Of a stretch of DNA of 64,000 bases, positions 48,098 through 58,027 are shown piece after piece. Positions within the stretch are counted from its first letter, which is position 1; each line of letters opens with the position of its first letter. Position numbers and translations under genes: made by a program. Location: positions 196 to 64,195 of the forward strand of contig CAMBEQ010000007.1 of assembly GCA_945865545.1 (NCBI GenBank), written 5' to 3'. Below the pieces are notes generated by a model. The model worked only from the letters and a program-made list of their open reading frames with translations. It did not search any database and was not told where the DNA came from. The DNA comes from Sediminibacterium ginsengisoli (GTDB lineage: Bacteria; Bacteroidota; Bacteroidia; Chitinophagales; Chitinophagaceae).

Positions 48098-48142
48098 ATG
48101 GCTTCGCCTTCCTTAGTCACATAATAGAAATGAGATGACTAA
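48098..48142 (-). promoter_or_regulatory. ops-like leader element, copy 1 (7-bp hairpin followed by GGCGAAGCC)
   Basis: TTAGTCA (48113-48119) / TGACTAA (48136-48142) inverted repeat, then GGAA-GGCGAAGCC-AT on the transcribed strand, 77 nt upstream of the export gene ATG. Confidence 0.62.
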
Positions 48143-48382
48143 AGATTTGCAATTAGTTGAGAACTATTTAAAATAGACTTAGCTAATACAGATATTCAAA
48201 AACGAGTTAACTATTTCAAAATTAACACTTTATACAAATTTTAGGGGGGTACAATTTATACTGTAAAAATACCTTAATTATTAGAAATAAACAAAAAAGT
48301 TAATACATTGATAAGTATTTACTTATATATTTTAATATATTAATAATTTATATAAAGACTTTACGATAAAACTTAGATTTTA

Positions 48383-49144
48383 TTACCTTTTCCCTATAGG
48401 GATCAGCTTTTGTAGGAAAAGTGTGAAATAATAGAATAGTTCATTTTTAATGGTATAGTCCGTTCCAAGGTTTTCGTACTGGTGTAATTTAGAATGTCTA
48501 TATAATTGATCATGCCCAGTACCATAAAAAACAGTAACAGACTTTCCCAATGCAGCAGCTAAAGTGGCAGTCCCTGTAGTTAAACAATACATCCTTTTAC
48601 AAGAATACATTAAATCACAAAGCTCAAATAAATTTGAAGTAGCCATTTCTTTCTCTGCTGACTTAATAGTTAAAGCTCTGTTTTTTAGATGAACCATCTG
48701 ATAATTTACTTGTATATTTTCTTTCATAAACCAGCTTTCGATTTTTTTCCCAGTTCTTAATTTCCCAGTAAATGAAATATAGTTAGGGTCGTAAACAACT
48801 GCCCCCTCTAAATTTGATAATAATTTTGGTGCATAATAAATTTCAGGTTCATGAAAGCGGAGTCCATCCTCTAAGCCATAGGCCAACATGATAGCGTCTA
48901 ATAAATTTTCGGATTCATTTACATTTTCAGGAAAATGATACTCACCCCCTTGGTCAGTAAATCCATCCAACCAAGGATTTAATTTCCATATTAATTCAAT
49001 GGTATCAGGATGGCGACACTCAGATTGATTGGATATAAAAACTTTATCATAAGCACCTGTTTCTTTTGCTATTCGGGGTAGATGGCTGAAAAATAAATGA
49101 TCGCCTAAGCCTCCCTTTTTTAATTGTATTACCAAACTTTTCAT
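48383..49144 (-). CDS. GT9-like (heptosyltransferase-like) glycosyltransferase
   Basis: GGLGDHLF N-terminal motif and TTGTATLAAALGKSVTVFYG C-terminal motif. Confidence 0.5.
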   Translation of the reverse strand: MKSLVIQLKKGGLGDHLFFSHLPRIAKETGAYDKVFISNQSECRHPDTIELIWKLNPWLDGFTDQGGEYHFPENVNESENLLDAIMLAYGLEDGLRFHEPEIYYAPKLLSNLEGAVVYDPNYISFTGKLRTGKKIESWFMKENIQVNYQMVHLKNRALTIKSAEKEMATSNLFELCDLMYSCKRMYCLTTGTATLAAALGKSVTVFYGTGHDQLYRHSKLHQYENLGTDYTIKNELFYYFTLFLQKLIPIGKR

Positions 49145-50146
49145 CTATTGTATATTTCGGTATAGTTTGTAAAAACGATTTTTTATAAATTGTCCAAATC
49201 TTTTAATACTAGATACTTTATTAAATTGTTTATGATTAATATAATAACAATTTACTTGTTGAAATTTGGAATGCCCCAAAGCCATCACAGTTTTACTGTA
49301 ATTATTAAACAAATCAAATAATTCAGGGCGATTCATAAAGGAAGTCCGTGTTTGATATTTTGAAATTTCATATATTTTATTAAAATCATACCCACTAAAA
49401 TGATAAAAAACCAATGGGCTTTCACTGTTTACTAAATATTGACCGTCCTCCTTTTGACTAAATATTCTTTCATGTAAGTTCCAATAGGCCATATTATACC
49501 CAGGATCATGTAATATGAAAACATTTTTGAAAAAAATTGGTGCAAAGTTTAACCATATTTGATCAACAAATAAACCTTTTTCAAAATCTATATAACAATA
49601 GTATTTAAGCCTCTCTTTCCACCATTCTAATAGTTTAAATGATTCATTTCCTCTCTTTAATCCAATAAAACCAAGATTATATAAACCAGTATTTAAAAAA
49701 TCTGTTTCGCCAGGGGTCTTAGCATCAACAATTGGTTCTGTTATATGTGGGGTTAAAATAATTTGATTTTTATCTAAAGCTGCTTCTAGCGCTGTAAATT
49801 TATTATACACATAAATATCAGGGTCAAAATACAATATTGAATCTACTTCGGGATTACTTTTAAATAAATAATCAAAAAAATAAGGCTTAACTGCAGTGTT
49901 TAATTCGGTGATATTATATCGGCTATAAAAAGATTTAAAATTTTGTATATTTATTTTATCAACCTCAATTAAAGCATAGGGTAAGTTTTCAAATAAGGGT
50001 GATGGCTCAATTATTTTATCAACCAATGCAATTATAAATTTATAAGCAGAGTTTTGCTCCGTTAATGAATTCCCTAATGTTATCGCCTGAGCTAAATAAT
50101 TAATGGAGCAAATTGTAAATGCAATTTTTTTATCTGTAGTTTTCAT
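49145..50146 (-). CDS. Putative glycosyltransferase (GT8-like uncharacterised family)
   Basis: FTICSINYLAQA, ELNTAVKP, YFDPD, GLYNLGF, FVDQIWL, GYNMAYWNLHER, FYHFSG. Confidence 0.72.
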   Translation of the reverse strand: MKTTDKKIAFTICSINYLAQAITLGNSLTEQNSAYKFIIALVDKIIEPSPLFENLPYALIEVDKINIQNFKSFYSRYNITELNTAVKPYFFDYLFKSNPEVDSILYFDPDIYVYNKFTALEAALDKNQIILTPHITEPIVDAKTPGETDFLNTGLYNLGFIGLKRGNESFKLLEWWKERLKYYCYIDFEKGLFVDQIWLNFAPIFFKNVFILHDPGYNMAYWNLHERIFSQKEDGQYLVNSESPLVFYHFSGYDFNKIYEISKYQTRTSFMNRPELFDLFNNYSKTVMALGHSKFQQVNCYYINHKQFNKVSSIKRFGQFIKNRFYKLYRNIQ

Positions 50147-50170
50147 TTTTTTACAATTTAATTCAATAGC

Positions 50171-51604
50171 CTATTTTAAATTAGTAATTATTTGTTTAAA
50201 ATTAACATAAGTTATTAAAAACTTGTTATTAAAGAAATACAGTTGTAATAATATATACGTTAAACTACAACCAACCACCGCTATCAAACTTATTACAAAT
50301 GTATTATCAGTTAGCATCCTCACTCCAAATACAATAGGTATAAAAGTACAAGCAGCTAATATGGACTGTCCAAAAAATACCCATGGATATTTAAATTGAT
50401 ACACCTTATTGGTATAATAAAGGTAAATTAAGCTTACACTTAATTCTGTAATAATAGTAGCAACGGCTGCTCCTTTTTCTTGATAATGGGGAGTAAACAT
50501 TACATTGAATGCTGCACTAATAAACAAGCCCACCAGCATCGCAATAAATACTTCTTTGTTTTTTTCTGCAGGAATTAAAATTTGAAAAGCAAAAAAGTGC
50601 CCAAAGCCAATGAATAAAGGTAATACAGACATGATTTGCATGGGTAATATACTTTTATTAAATGCTTCTCCGGAAAAAATAGTCATAATTTCTGGTGCTA
50701 ATAAATAAGTTCCAAAAGCCATAGGCACTGTAAGTAATACTAAAAAATAAAAGGAATGAACTAAAATTTTCTGAATTTCCTCAATTTTATTTTGGGCGAA
50801 TTTGTAGGATAAAATTGGTATGAATACCGTGCCAACACTGGTCACAAAAGGCAATAATAACTTAATAAATTTAATGGAGGCCGTGTAAAAGCCTACAGCC
50901 ATTGGGTTAGCTAAAAATCCGAGCAAGATAGTATCCCATAAAGTATAAATACTGGAGGCCGCGGTTGCACCAAAAATATACAACAATGGTTTAAAATGTT
51001 TTTTAAATTCCAATGTGTAGGTATGGGGTTGATGCTTAAAATAAATCACCAAAAAACTATACACTTGATTGCCAAGAATAGTAAAAATTAAAATAACTAA
51101 ATATTGAATCAAGTCGTTTGGTGTTTTAACCCAGAGATATAATAATATTATTGCGATTGCTTTTACAATAATGGAACGCAGCGCAATGGTTTTAAAATCG
51201 GCCTTGCCCGCATAATACCAATCGGTATAAGTAAAACTTAAAAGGACTAAAGCGCCTGCTATCAAATACATGGTTTTATGCGCACTAAAATAAGGAATAT
51301 ACAAAACACTCAACACATACAATAAAGTTGCCACCGCACTAGCAATAAAATAAATACTGCTTAATGATAAAAAAATGGATTTGGTTTGATGATCATTTTG
51401 GTGATGCTTAGCAATTTCTTTAACTCCATAAATGGGTATACCCAGGGCTGCAAAAAGTGCAAAGTACTGAGCATATGAAAAAATAAATTGCACTTTCCCA
51501 ATGCCTTCAGGGCCTAGCACTCTTGCTGCATAAGGGAAACTTATTATTGGAAATAATATATTAGAAATAGACAATAGCAAATTGAATAAAAAATTCTTTT
51601 TCAT
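50171..51604 (-). CDS. wzx: Oligosaccharide flippase (MOP family)
   Basis: KKNFLFNLL...FP.ISFPYAARVLGPEGIG, GIPIYG, AVGFYTAS; more than 12 TM segments. Confidence 0.93.
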   Translation of the reverse strand: MKKNFLFNLLLSISNILFPIISFPYAARVLGPEGIGKVQFIFSYAQYFALFAALGIPIYGVKEIAKHHQNDHQTKSIFLSLSSIYFIASAVATLLYVLSVLYIPYFSAHKTMYLIAGALVLLSFTYTDWYYAGKADFKTIALRSIIVKAIAIILLYLWVKTPNDLIQYLVILIFTILGNQVYSFLVIYFKHQPHTYTLEFKKHFKPLLYIFGATAASSIYTLWDTILLGFLANPMAVGFYTASIKFIKLLLPFVTSVGTVFIPILSYKFAQNKIEEIQKILVHSFYFLVLLTVPMAFGTYLLAPEIMTIFSGEAFNKSILPMQIMSVLPLFIGFGHFFAFQILIPAEKNKEVFIAMLVGLFISAAFNVMFTPHYQEKGAAVATIITELSVSLIYLYYTNKVYQFKYPWVFFGQSILAACTFIPIVFGVRMLTDNTFVISLIAVVGCSLTYILLQLYFFNNKFLITYVNFKQIITNLK

Positions 51605-51610
51605 GCCTAC

Positions 51611-52270
51611 TTAATTTTCTAGCGTTACAATTTTTATATTATCAATAGACCAACTTCTGGTACAAGTGTCATTTCTTGCACCGCCTGCATCACTTAATGC
51701 CAATTCAAATGTTTTTTTGGTATGAGGTAAGCTATTAACAATTCTATAAACGCTGGTTCCTCTGATGCTATTTTTTTTACTACATGCGCCAGGTAAATAA
51801 ATTTCTTGAGCTTGATTGCCAGCTGGGCTAGTAGGTCCATTATTAAACCAGTTGGGGTAGGCTTGTTGGATGGTACTATCATTTGAAAATCCAGTAATGA
51901 GTCGGTATTCACCATCCATTTTCATTATCCAAAGATTATTTTGCCAATTATCATGTATATATAAATCAAATTCTACCCTAATTATAGTATGGCTGGGCAA
52001 AGTGTCAAATGTTAGGTTGACACTGCTATTATTAAAAGTTCCTAAAACTTTTTGATTTTGAAAGTTGGTTATTTTTTTAAATGGAAATTCACCAAAACTA
52101 TAATCTGAAAGCCATCCGGCGGTAGTAATTCCTTTAGGGTTTCCACTTTCAAAATTATTTTCATACACCGTTTTTATATTGGTTAGGTTTTTAACACATC
52201 CATTTAACAGGAATAATGCTCCAAATAGGTAAAACAAGCGGAGTCTATTGCCTTTTAACTGCATAACCAA
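51611..52270 (-). CDS. Putative lipoprotein, beta-rich
   Basis: Lipobox LLNGC after a hydrophobic stretch; true start probably ATG 52264. Confidence 0.6.
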   Translation of the reverse strand: MVMQLKGNRLRLFYLFGALFLLNGCVKNLTNIKTVYENNFESGNPKGITTAGWLSDYSFGEFPFKKITNFQNQKVLGTFNNSSVNLTFDTLPSHTIIRVEFDLYIHDNWQNNLWIMKMDGEYRLITGFSNDSTIQQAYPNWFNNGPTSPAGNQAQEIYLPGACSKKNSIRGTSVYRIVNSLPHTKKTFELALSDAGGARNDTCTRSWSIDNIKIVTLEN

Positions 52271-52283
52271 TTAATAATTTACT

Positions 52284-52291
52284 CAAAAATA
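52284..52291 (-). promoter_or_regulatory. Candidate -7 promoter element (TATTTTTG) for the lipoprotein-wzx unit
   Basis: TAnnTTTG match 14-20 nt upstream of the start; -33 not evident. Confidence 0.3.
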
Positions 52292-52378
52292 GCCCTACTT
52301 ATTCAAACTTCCGCTTCAAATTAGGTTTAAGCCTTTTTGGAAGTGAATTTTTGCAGTTTAGGTCTTAAATTGCAGCAT

Positions 52379-53761
52379 ATGTTTGTGTTCCCAATTATCT
52401 ATATTACTGCATTTATTGCCTCCCTTTACTTCTTAAAGGAAAAGCAACCAAAAGGTATTTTTTTATTTATTTTATTTGGATTACCCATCTATACACTTTC
52501 CTTATCCATTACCCATATGTATGGGTTTACTCAACTGGTTCCAGTATTGCAAACTTTTAAGGAAATAATTATACTAGGTTATTTTGTGTATGCATTTTTC
52601 CAACTCAAAACCGATAATAATTGGCAAACATTAGATAAAATTATGCTCGCCTTTTTTTGTTATAATTTATTGTATGTTCCATTACCTATTGGAGGCTATA
52701 GCTTTTTTGAAAAAATACTCGCATTTAAAAGTTTAAGCTTTTTCCCATTAGTATATTTTACAGGAAGGATTATAAATAATGATCATATAGCATTAACCAA
52801 GGTTTTCCATTACATGGCCCTACTTACTATTATAGTGGCAGTAGTATTATTTATTGAAGTAATTACCTACACACATATTCAAAGTATCAGTGGCTATGCT
52901 AAATACAATCAACATTTTTTTGATCAAGACCCTTCAGGCGCTTATGATTTATCATGGACTTTTCAAATTGAAAATGGCATGAAACGTTTTGCAAGTATAT
53001 TTTCGACCCCTTTAGAGTTAGCTGCAGCCACCCTAGTTTCATTAGCAGCCATTGCAGCCATCGTCACCAATAATAACAACAGTTTTAGTTTTTCAAAATT
53101 GACAGCGATAGCATTACTAAGTAGTTTATTTTGTATCAATTTAGCCTTATCAAGAGCCTCATTAGCAAGTTACTTGTTAATATTATATTGCTATGCCTGG
53201 TTTACCAATAAAAAATTTATTTTAAAAACCATACACTATGCAATACTATTGGCTACTCTAGCTTTGGTATTTATTTCCTTTGATAGTGATTTTGTAGATT
53301 TTATAATCAATAGCCTTACGTTTACCAATGCTTCTAGCGTTGGGCATTTGATTGAATGGGCCAATGGTCTTGACTCAATGATAAAAAGTCCGTTGGGTAT
53401 TGGGCTGGGCTCTTCGGGTCGTATATCTGCTTTTAGCGGATACAATGTAGGCGGTGAAAATGAATTTATTATTATTGGTGTACAAACAGGCATTATTGCA
53501 CTTGGCTTATATATTGCAGCTTATATTTATTTAATTAGAAAATCATACCAAATATTTACTACTTCAACAGGTCGAATTAGAAGACTGGCGTTATTTTTAT
53601 TATTACTTAAAATTGGTATGATTATCCCTCTTTTTACTTCAGAAGCAGAATCCTATATTTACATAAGTTATACTACCTGGCTTTTGAGTGGGATATTTAT
53701 AAATATGGTTAGTAAAGAAAATAGCAACAATAAAACTGAAATTGTTCATGAGCTTATTTAA
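52379..53761 (+). CDS. O-antigen ligase / Wzy-like polytopic membrane protein
   Basis: About 11-12 TM segments, RFASIF..PL, LSRAS, SSVGHL..W...L...PLGIGLG, ENEF motif. ATG 52379 preferred over TTG 52337. Confidence 0.75.
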   Translation: MFVFPIIYITAFIASLYFLKEKQPKGIFLFILFGLPIYTLSLSITHMYGFTQLVPVLQTFKEIIILGYFVYAFFQLKTDNNWQTLDKIMLAFFCYNLLYVPLPIGGYSFFEKILAFKSLSFFPLVYFTGRIINNDHIALTKVFHYMALLTIIVAVVLFIEVITYTHIQSISGYAKYNQHFFDQDPSGAYDLSWTFQIENGMKRFASIFSTPLELAAATLVSLAAIAAIVTNNNNSFSFSKLTAIALLSSLFCINLALSRASLASYLLILYCYAWFTNKKFILKTIHYAILLATLALVFISFDSDFVDFIINSLTFTNASSVGHLIEWANGLDSMIKSPLGIGLGSSGRISAFSGYNVGGENEFIIIGVQTGIIALGLYIAAYIYLIRKSYQIFTTSTGRIRRLALFLLLLKIGMIIPLFTSEAESYIYISYTTWLLSGIFINMVSKENSNNKTEIVHELI

Positions 53762-54416
53762 AATATGGGTAGACCATTCCAAAAAGGATTCTTTCGTTAA
53801 TACCATACGAAAAAAAAGATTTGCCTATCAAAAATTACTTATTGAAAAATTACTCGAAACCAAAGACACCATTAAAATATTAGACATTGGTGGTGAAATT
53901 GAATTTTGGAAACACTTAGGCTGGGAAAATAATAGATGCACTATATACTTATTGAATTTGGAAGCCGTCCCAACAATAAAGCCTACCCCTGGCTTTATAC
54001 AAATCACAGGGAATGCATTGGCACTTCCCTTTGAGCAAGGGGAATTTGATTTAATATTTTCTAATTCTGTAATTGAACATGTGGGTAGTTACCCCAACCA
54101 AGAGTTATTTGCAACCGAAACAAAAAGAATTTGCAATAGGTACATGATTCAAACTCCTAGTATTTGGTTTCCTTTAGAGCCACATAGTTTAATTCCTTTT
54201 TTTCAAGTAATTCCACATTCGTTAAGAGCTTTTTTAATTATGCTTTTTAATATCAATTACTTCCCAAAACAAAAAACCTACAAAGCCGCATTGGCTACTT
54301 CGAAATCAACACTCATGTTTTCTAAAAAAAGATTTCAAGCCTTATTCCCAGAAGCAGAGATTCAAGTAGAGCGTTTATTTGGCATTCCAAAATCATATAC
54401 AGCTATAAAAATGTAA
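53742..54416 (+). CDS. Class I SAM-dependent methyltransferase-like protein
   Basis: ILDIGG, GNALALPF..GEFDLIFSNSVIEHVG, QTPS.WFPLEPH. Confidence 0.82.
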   Translation: MFMSLFKIWVDHSKKDSFVNTIRKKRFAYQKLLIEKLLETKDTIKILDIGGEIEFWKHLGWENNRCTIYLLNLEAVPTIKPTPGFIQITGNALALPFEQGEFDLIFSNSVIEHVGSYPNQELFATETKRICNRYMIQTPSIWFPLEPHSLIPFFQVIPHSLRAFLIMLFNINYFPKQKTYKAALATSKSTLMFSKKRFQALFPEAEIQVERLFGIPKSYTAIKM

Positions 54417-54418
54417 TT

Positions 54419-55567
54419 ATGATTAAAGGCCAACAAAAAATAAAAGTAGGAATAGATATTCGTGATTTAAAAATTTCCAAAACTGGAGCGCATACTTATT
54501 TATATGAAGTGTGTAATCATTTAGATAAGGAGTCGGCTATTTTTGAATACGTTTTTTTGGACACAGTCCTACCTATTTATACTGGGCCAAATAAATTATT
54601 AAAATTGAGCGAACAGATTTCTTTTTTTATTTGGAAACAAATTACTTTACCCATAAAAGCAAATTTAAAAAAATGCGACCTGGTTTTTTGTTCTGATTAT
54701 TTTGTTCCTTATTATCAATTCGGATTTAAAACGATTGTGGTTTTTTATGACGCTTTTGTTTGGGAATACCCTACTCACTATAATAAATATTGGCTTTGGC
54801 TTTTCAATAAAATTGGAATACCTGCAGCAAAACAAGCTAAATATATTATTACCTTAACCCATTATACAAAACAACAAATTGCAAGATATTCAGGATTAGA
54901 AAAAGAAAAAATTATACCTATTTATTTGGGGCCAAAAACAAAAACTATAAACAACAGCTTCGATGAATTAACAGATGAGGTTGCAAAATTTAGTTGGCTT
55001 TTTAATAAACAATACTTATTGCATGTGGGTACCCTCGAAAAAAGAAAAAATATTGAAGCCCTCATTAATGCATTTGAATTATTAATTTCCAATGGGGACA
55101 ATACTACCTATTTAGTTTTTGTAGGACAACCCAGTAATAAAGAGACTTTAAATGAGAATTCTGTTTTTTACAAAATTAACAACAGCCAACTTCTTAGTGA
55201 GCGTATTATTTTTACTGGTTTTTTATCCGACGAGAGTGTTGCTAATTTTTATAAACATGCTACTTTATACGTTTTCCCATCCATCAATGAGGGTTTTGGC
55301 ATACCCGTTTTAGAGGCATTCGCGCATCAATTGCCGGTAGCCATTGCTAATAATTCTTGCTTACCCGAAGTAGCAGGCGACGCGGCCATTGCATTTGACC
55401 CCTATGATGTGCCAAAATTGTATGAACTAATTAAAATACTCCTTGAACAGCCCAATTTAAGAAAAGAGCTAATTGAAAAGGGTTTAAACCGGCTGGAGCA
55501 TTTTTCATGGGATAAAACAGTACTTGAATTAGAACAAGTTTTTCAAAAGGCTTACGATAATCAATAA
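54419..55567 (+). CDS. Glycosyltransferase family 4
   Basis: VGTLEKRKN, YVFPSINEGFGIPVLEAF, SCLPEVAGDAA, FSWDKT. Confidence 0.93.
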   Translation: MIKGQQKIKVGIDIRDLKISKTGAHTYLYEVCNHLDKESAIFEYVFLDTVLPIYTGPNKLLKLSEQISFFIWKQITLPIKANLKKCDLVFCSDYFVPYYQFGFKTIVVFYDAFVWEYPTHYNKYWLWLFNKIGIPAAKQAKYIITLTHYTKQQIARYSGLEKEKIIPIYLGPKTKTINNSFDELTDEVAKFSWLFNKQYLLHVGTLEKRKNIEALINAFELLISNGDNTTYLVFVGQPSNKETLNENSVFYKINNSQLLSERIIFTGFLSDESVANFYKHATLYVFPSINEGFGIPVLEAFAHQLPVAIANNSCLPEVAGDAAIAFDPYDVPKLYELIKILLEQPNLRKELIEKGLNRLEHFSWDKTVLELEQVFQKAYDNQ

Positions 55568-55581
55568 ACTAAATTTATAGT

Positions 55582-56286
55582 TTGCTATATTTATGCTTTA
55601 AAACAAGCAATATTAGCGCACTAAGCCACATACAATCAAGATTCAAAGGCCATTGGACTGGAAAAGATAAGCTCATTACCCTGGCTCGGCTTTTTATATT
55701 TTTTGTGCGCGGTTGTTGGCACCGCCCATTTTTTAGCAGTGCTAAAGGAATGGTTTTAATAGGAAAAAATGTTTCCATCCGCTATGCAGGTTATTTAAAG
55801 GCTGGCAAGGATTTAATTTTAGAAGACAATGTAGAATTGAATTGCCTTAGTATCAAAGGCATAAATTTAGGCGACCGAGTGACCATTGGGAAACATGCTA
55901 TTATAAGGCCTTCTAATATTTATGGTGGTGATATTGGAGAAGGTTTAAAGGTTGGCAATAATTCAAACATAGGGCCCTTTGCCTATATAGGCTGTTCTGG
56001 CTTTATTGAAATTGGAGACAATGTTATGATTTCCCCTCGCGTAAGCATTTTTGCAGAAAATCATGATTTTGATAATCCGAACATCATCATGAAAGAACAA
56101 GGAGTTACTAAACAATTTGTAAAAATTGAGGATGATTGCTGGATAGCCGCCAATAGTATTATACTTGCAGGAGTGACCATAGGAAAGGGATCGGTGATTG
56201 CTGCGGGTTCGGTAGTGACTAAAGATGTTCCTGCTTATAGCGTAGTTGCTGGAGTGCCGGCGGAAATTATCAAATCCAGAATTTAA
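55582..56286 (+). CDS. Hexapeptide-repeat acyltransferase (polysaccharide O-acetyltransferase-like)
   Basis: [41 protein letters not shown]. Start uncertain (TTG). Confidence 0.88.
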   Translation: MLYLCFKTSNISALSHIQSRFKGHWTGKDKLITLARLFIFFVRGCWHRPFFSSAKGMVLIGKNVSIRYAGYLKAGKDLILEDNVELNCLSIKGINLGDRVTIGKHAIIRPSNIYGGDIGEGLKVGNNSNIGPFAYIGCSGFIEIGDNVMISPRVSIFAENHDFDNPNIIMKEQGVTKQFVKIEDDCWIAANSIILAGVTIGKGSVIAAGSVVTKDVPAYSVVAGVPAEIIKSRI

Positions 56287-56332
56287 AATCAAAAGTTTAA
56301 AATCTAAAAAATGAGTAAATTAATTTTTACTG

Positions 56333-57031
56333 CTATTTCCTCAAGGGCCACTCTGCTCTCGCTTTTGCTAAATTAGCATGGGTTCCGATATCAATTAAAT
56401 AATCATCATTTTCCCAACCACTCATTTGATTGATTAACTGTGGCAATAAATCAAATCCAATATCGGCAGGAATTTTATTGGCTGTAATAAGTTTAATAAC
56501 AGAAGGATGGGCTATATATATACCAGCATTCGCTAAATTTGATGTGGGGTTTGTTGGCTTTTCAACAAAATCAATAATTGTTTTTTTTGCATCTAATGCT
56601 GCAATACCACATGCAGTAGGATGACTAGTAGTAAATAAAGCCATACTAAATAAATGTGCTTGGGCGCTATGAAATTCAAAAAGATCTTTTAACTTAATAG
56701 ACGTTAAATTATCTGAATAAATAATAAAGAAGCTTTTTTCATTTTTTACAAAATCATAATTGGCTAGCAAAGTGCCTGCGCTTCCTAGTAAAGTTTCTTC
56801 CATAAAGTAATGTACCTTAATGGAGGTCTCAATGGTTGTTACAAAGTCTTTTACCTGTTGAGGAAAATGATGTAGATTAATAAGCACTTCGGTAATACCA
56901 GCTTGTTCCATAGCATCAAACCACCAATGAATAAGGGGTTTTCCCCCTATTTCGACAAGGCATTTAGGAAGGGTATTTGTAATGGGCATTAGTCTTGTCC
57001 CAAGCCCTGCAGTTAATAAGAAAGCTTTCAT
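56333..57031 (-). CDS. hddC: Sugar-1-phosphate nucleotidyltransferase (HddC-like heptose-1-P guanylyltransferase)
   Basis: LTAGLGTRLMPIT..LPKCL, LGSAG, YSDN, FVEKP, ANAGIY, DIGT; adjacent to hddA/gmhA. Confidence 0.72.
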   Translation of the reverse strand: MKAFLLTAGLGTRLMPITNTLPKCLVEIGGKPLIHWWFDAMEQAGITEVLINLHHFPQQVKDFVTTIETSIKVHYFMEETLLGSAGTLLANYDFVKNEKSFFIIYSDNLTSIKLKDLFEFHSAQAHLFSMALFTTSHPTACGIAALDAKKTIIDFVEKPTNPTSNLANAGIYIAHPSVIKLITANKIPADIGFDLLPQLINQMSGWENDDYLIDIGTHANLAKARAEWPLRK

Positions 57032-57034
57032 TAA

Positions 57035-58009
57035 TTACTTAACGTTTAATAATATTCTTGAACCTGCAGGATCAAATTGATAACTTAGCTCTTTATATTG
57101 ATGCATGGCTGCTCTAAATTTGGCTCGATTATCTGCGGGCACATAACTCATCAAAAATCCACCCCCACCAGCTCCAGCAATTTTACAACCTGTTGCTCCA
57201 TTGGATAAAGCAATATCCACCATTTCGTTAATTTGATCATTACTTACATTGCTGGCTAGTTGCTTTTTCAAATTCCAGTTAATGGCCAATAAATTTCCTA
57301 GTAAATCAAAGTCTTTAGCATTAAATGCAGTATCTAATTGATCTACTAAATCGGAAATAGATTTTAATTCCACTAGTCTATTTTCAATATTGACTAATTG
57401 TTCCTGTAAGACACTTTCTGCTTTACGCAATATTTTAGTATTATGCAATACTAAAGAATTACTCAATTTATCTTTTTCTTCTTCAGATAAAATAATTTCA
57501 GAAAGGGTTACAGTTTCATCCGCATTAAATTCAATTTTCTTAATCCCACCATAAGCCGCAATATATTGATCTTGCTTACCAATAGGTTTTTTTAATTTTT
57601 CAATTTCGATATAACATGCCTCTTTGGCAATGGTCTCACTACTTACTTGTTTCCCTTGAAAGTGATACAAGGCATTCAATAATCCAACGGTTAATACCGA
57701 GGAAGATCCTAGGCCTGATCCCTTTGCTGTAATATCCGCCAAGGTGATTATTTCAATTCCCTTTTCAATTCCTGCATGTATTAATGCCTCTCTAATAATT
57801 TCATGTTTAATGTCGCTCACCTGTTCAACAATTTCATTTTCTGTATAATGAAGTACAATTAAATCATCTACTCTCTTTTTTACAATAACATAAATATACT
57901 TATCAATAGAAGCAGAGATTACCTGGCCTTTATTGGTTTTATAAAAATTAGCGAAGTCGGTGCCTCCTCCAACAAAACTTATACGCAAAGGCGTTTGTGA
58001 CACAACCAT
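57035..58009 (-). CDS. hddA: GHMP kinase, D-glycero-alpha-D-manno-heptose-7-phosphate kinase-like
   Basis: QTPLRISFVGGGTDF, KGSGLGSSS, IGKQDQY.AAYGG, KIAGAGGGGF. Confidence 0.85.
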   Translation of the reverse strand: MVVSQTPLRISFVGGGTDFANFYKTNKGQVISASIDKYIYVIVKKRVDDLIVLHYTENEIVEQVSDIKHEIIREALIHAGIEKGIEIITLADITAKGSGLGSSSVLTVGLLNALYHFQGKQVSSETIAKEACYIEIEKLKKPIGKQDQYIAAYGGIKKIEFNADETVTLSEIILSEEEKDKLSNSLVLHNTKILRKAESVLQEQLVNIENRLVELKSISDLVDQLDTAFNAKDFDLLGNLLAINWNLKKQLASNVSNDQINEMVDIALSNGATGCKIAGAGGGGFLMSYVPADNRAKFRAAMHQYKELSYQFDPAGSRILLNVK

Positions 58010-58027
58010 AATAAAAACATTTTACTT

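Noticed and set aside
48113-48142. Inverted repeat considered as the end of an invertible (phase-variable) promoter
   Set aside because: Arms are only 7 bp and 16 nt apart, no matching distal repeat or site-specific recombinase was seen; better explained as the leader hairpin.
48244-48249. G6 tract in the export-gene upstream region as a phase-variation switch
   Set aside because: Too short to be a credible contingency tract, and not demonstrably between promoter elements.
56283-56330. TTTAAAATC repeated twice followed by AAAAAATGAGT at the convergent junction
   Set aside because: Only two low-complexity copies; the apparent ATG opens a short frame antisense to hddC; no terminator stem-loop supportable.
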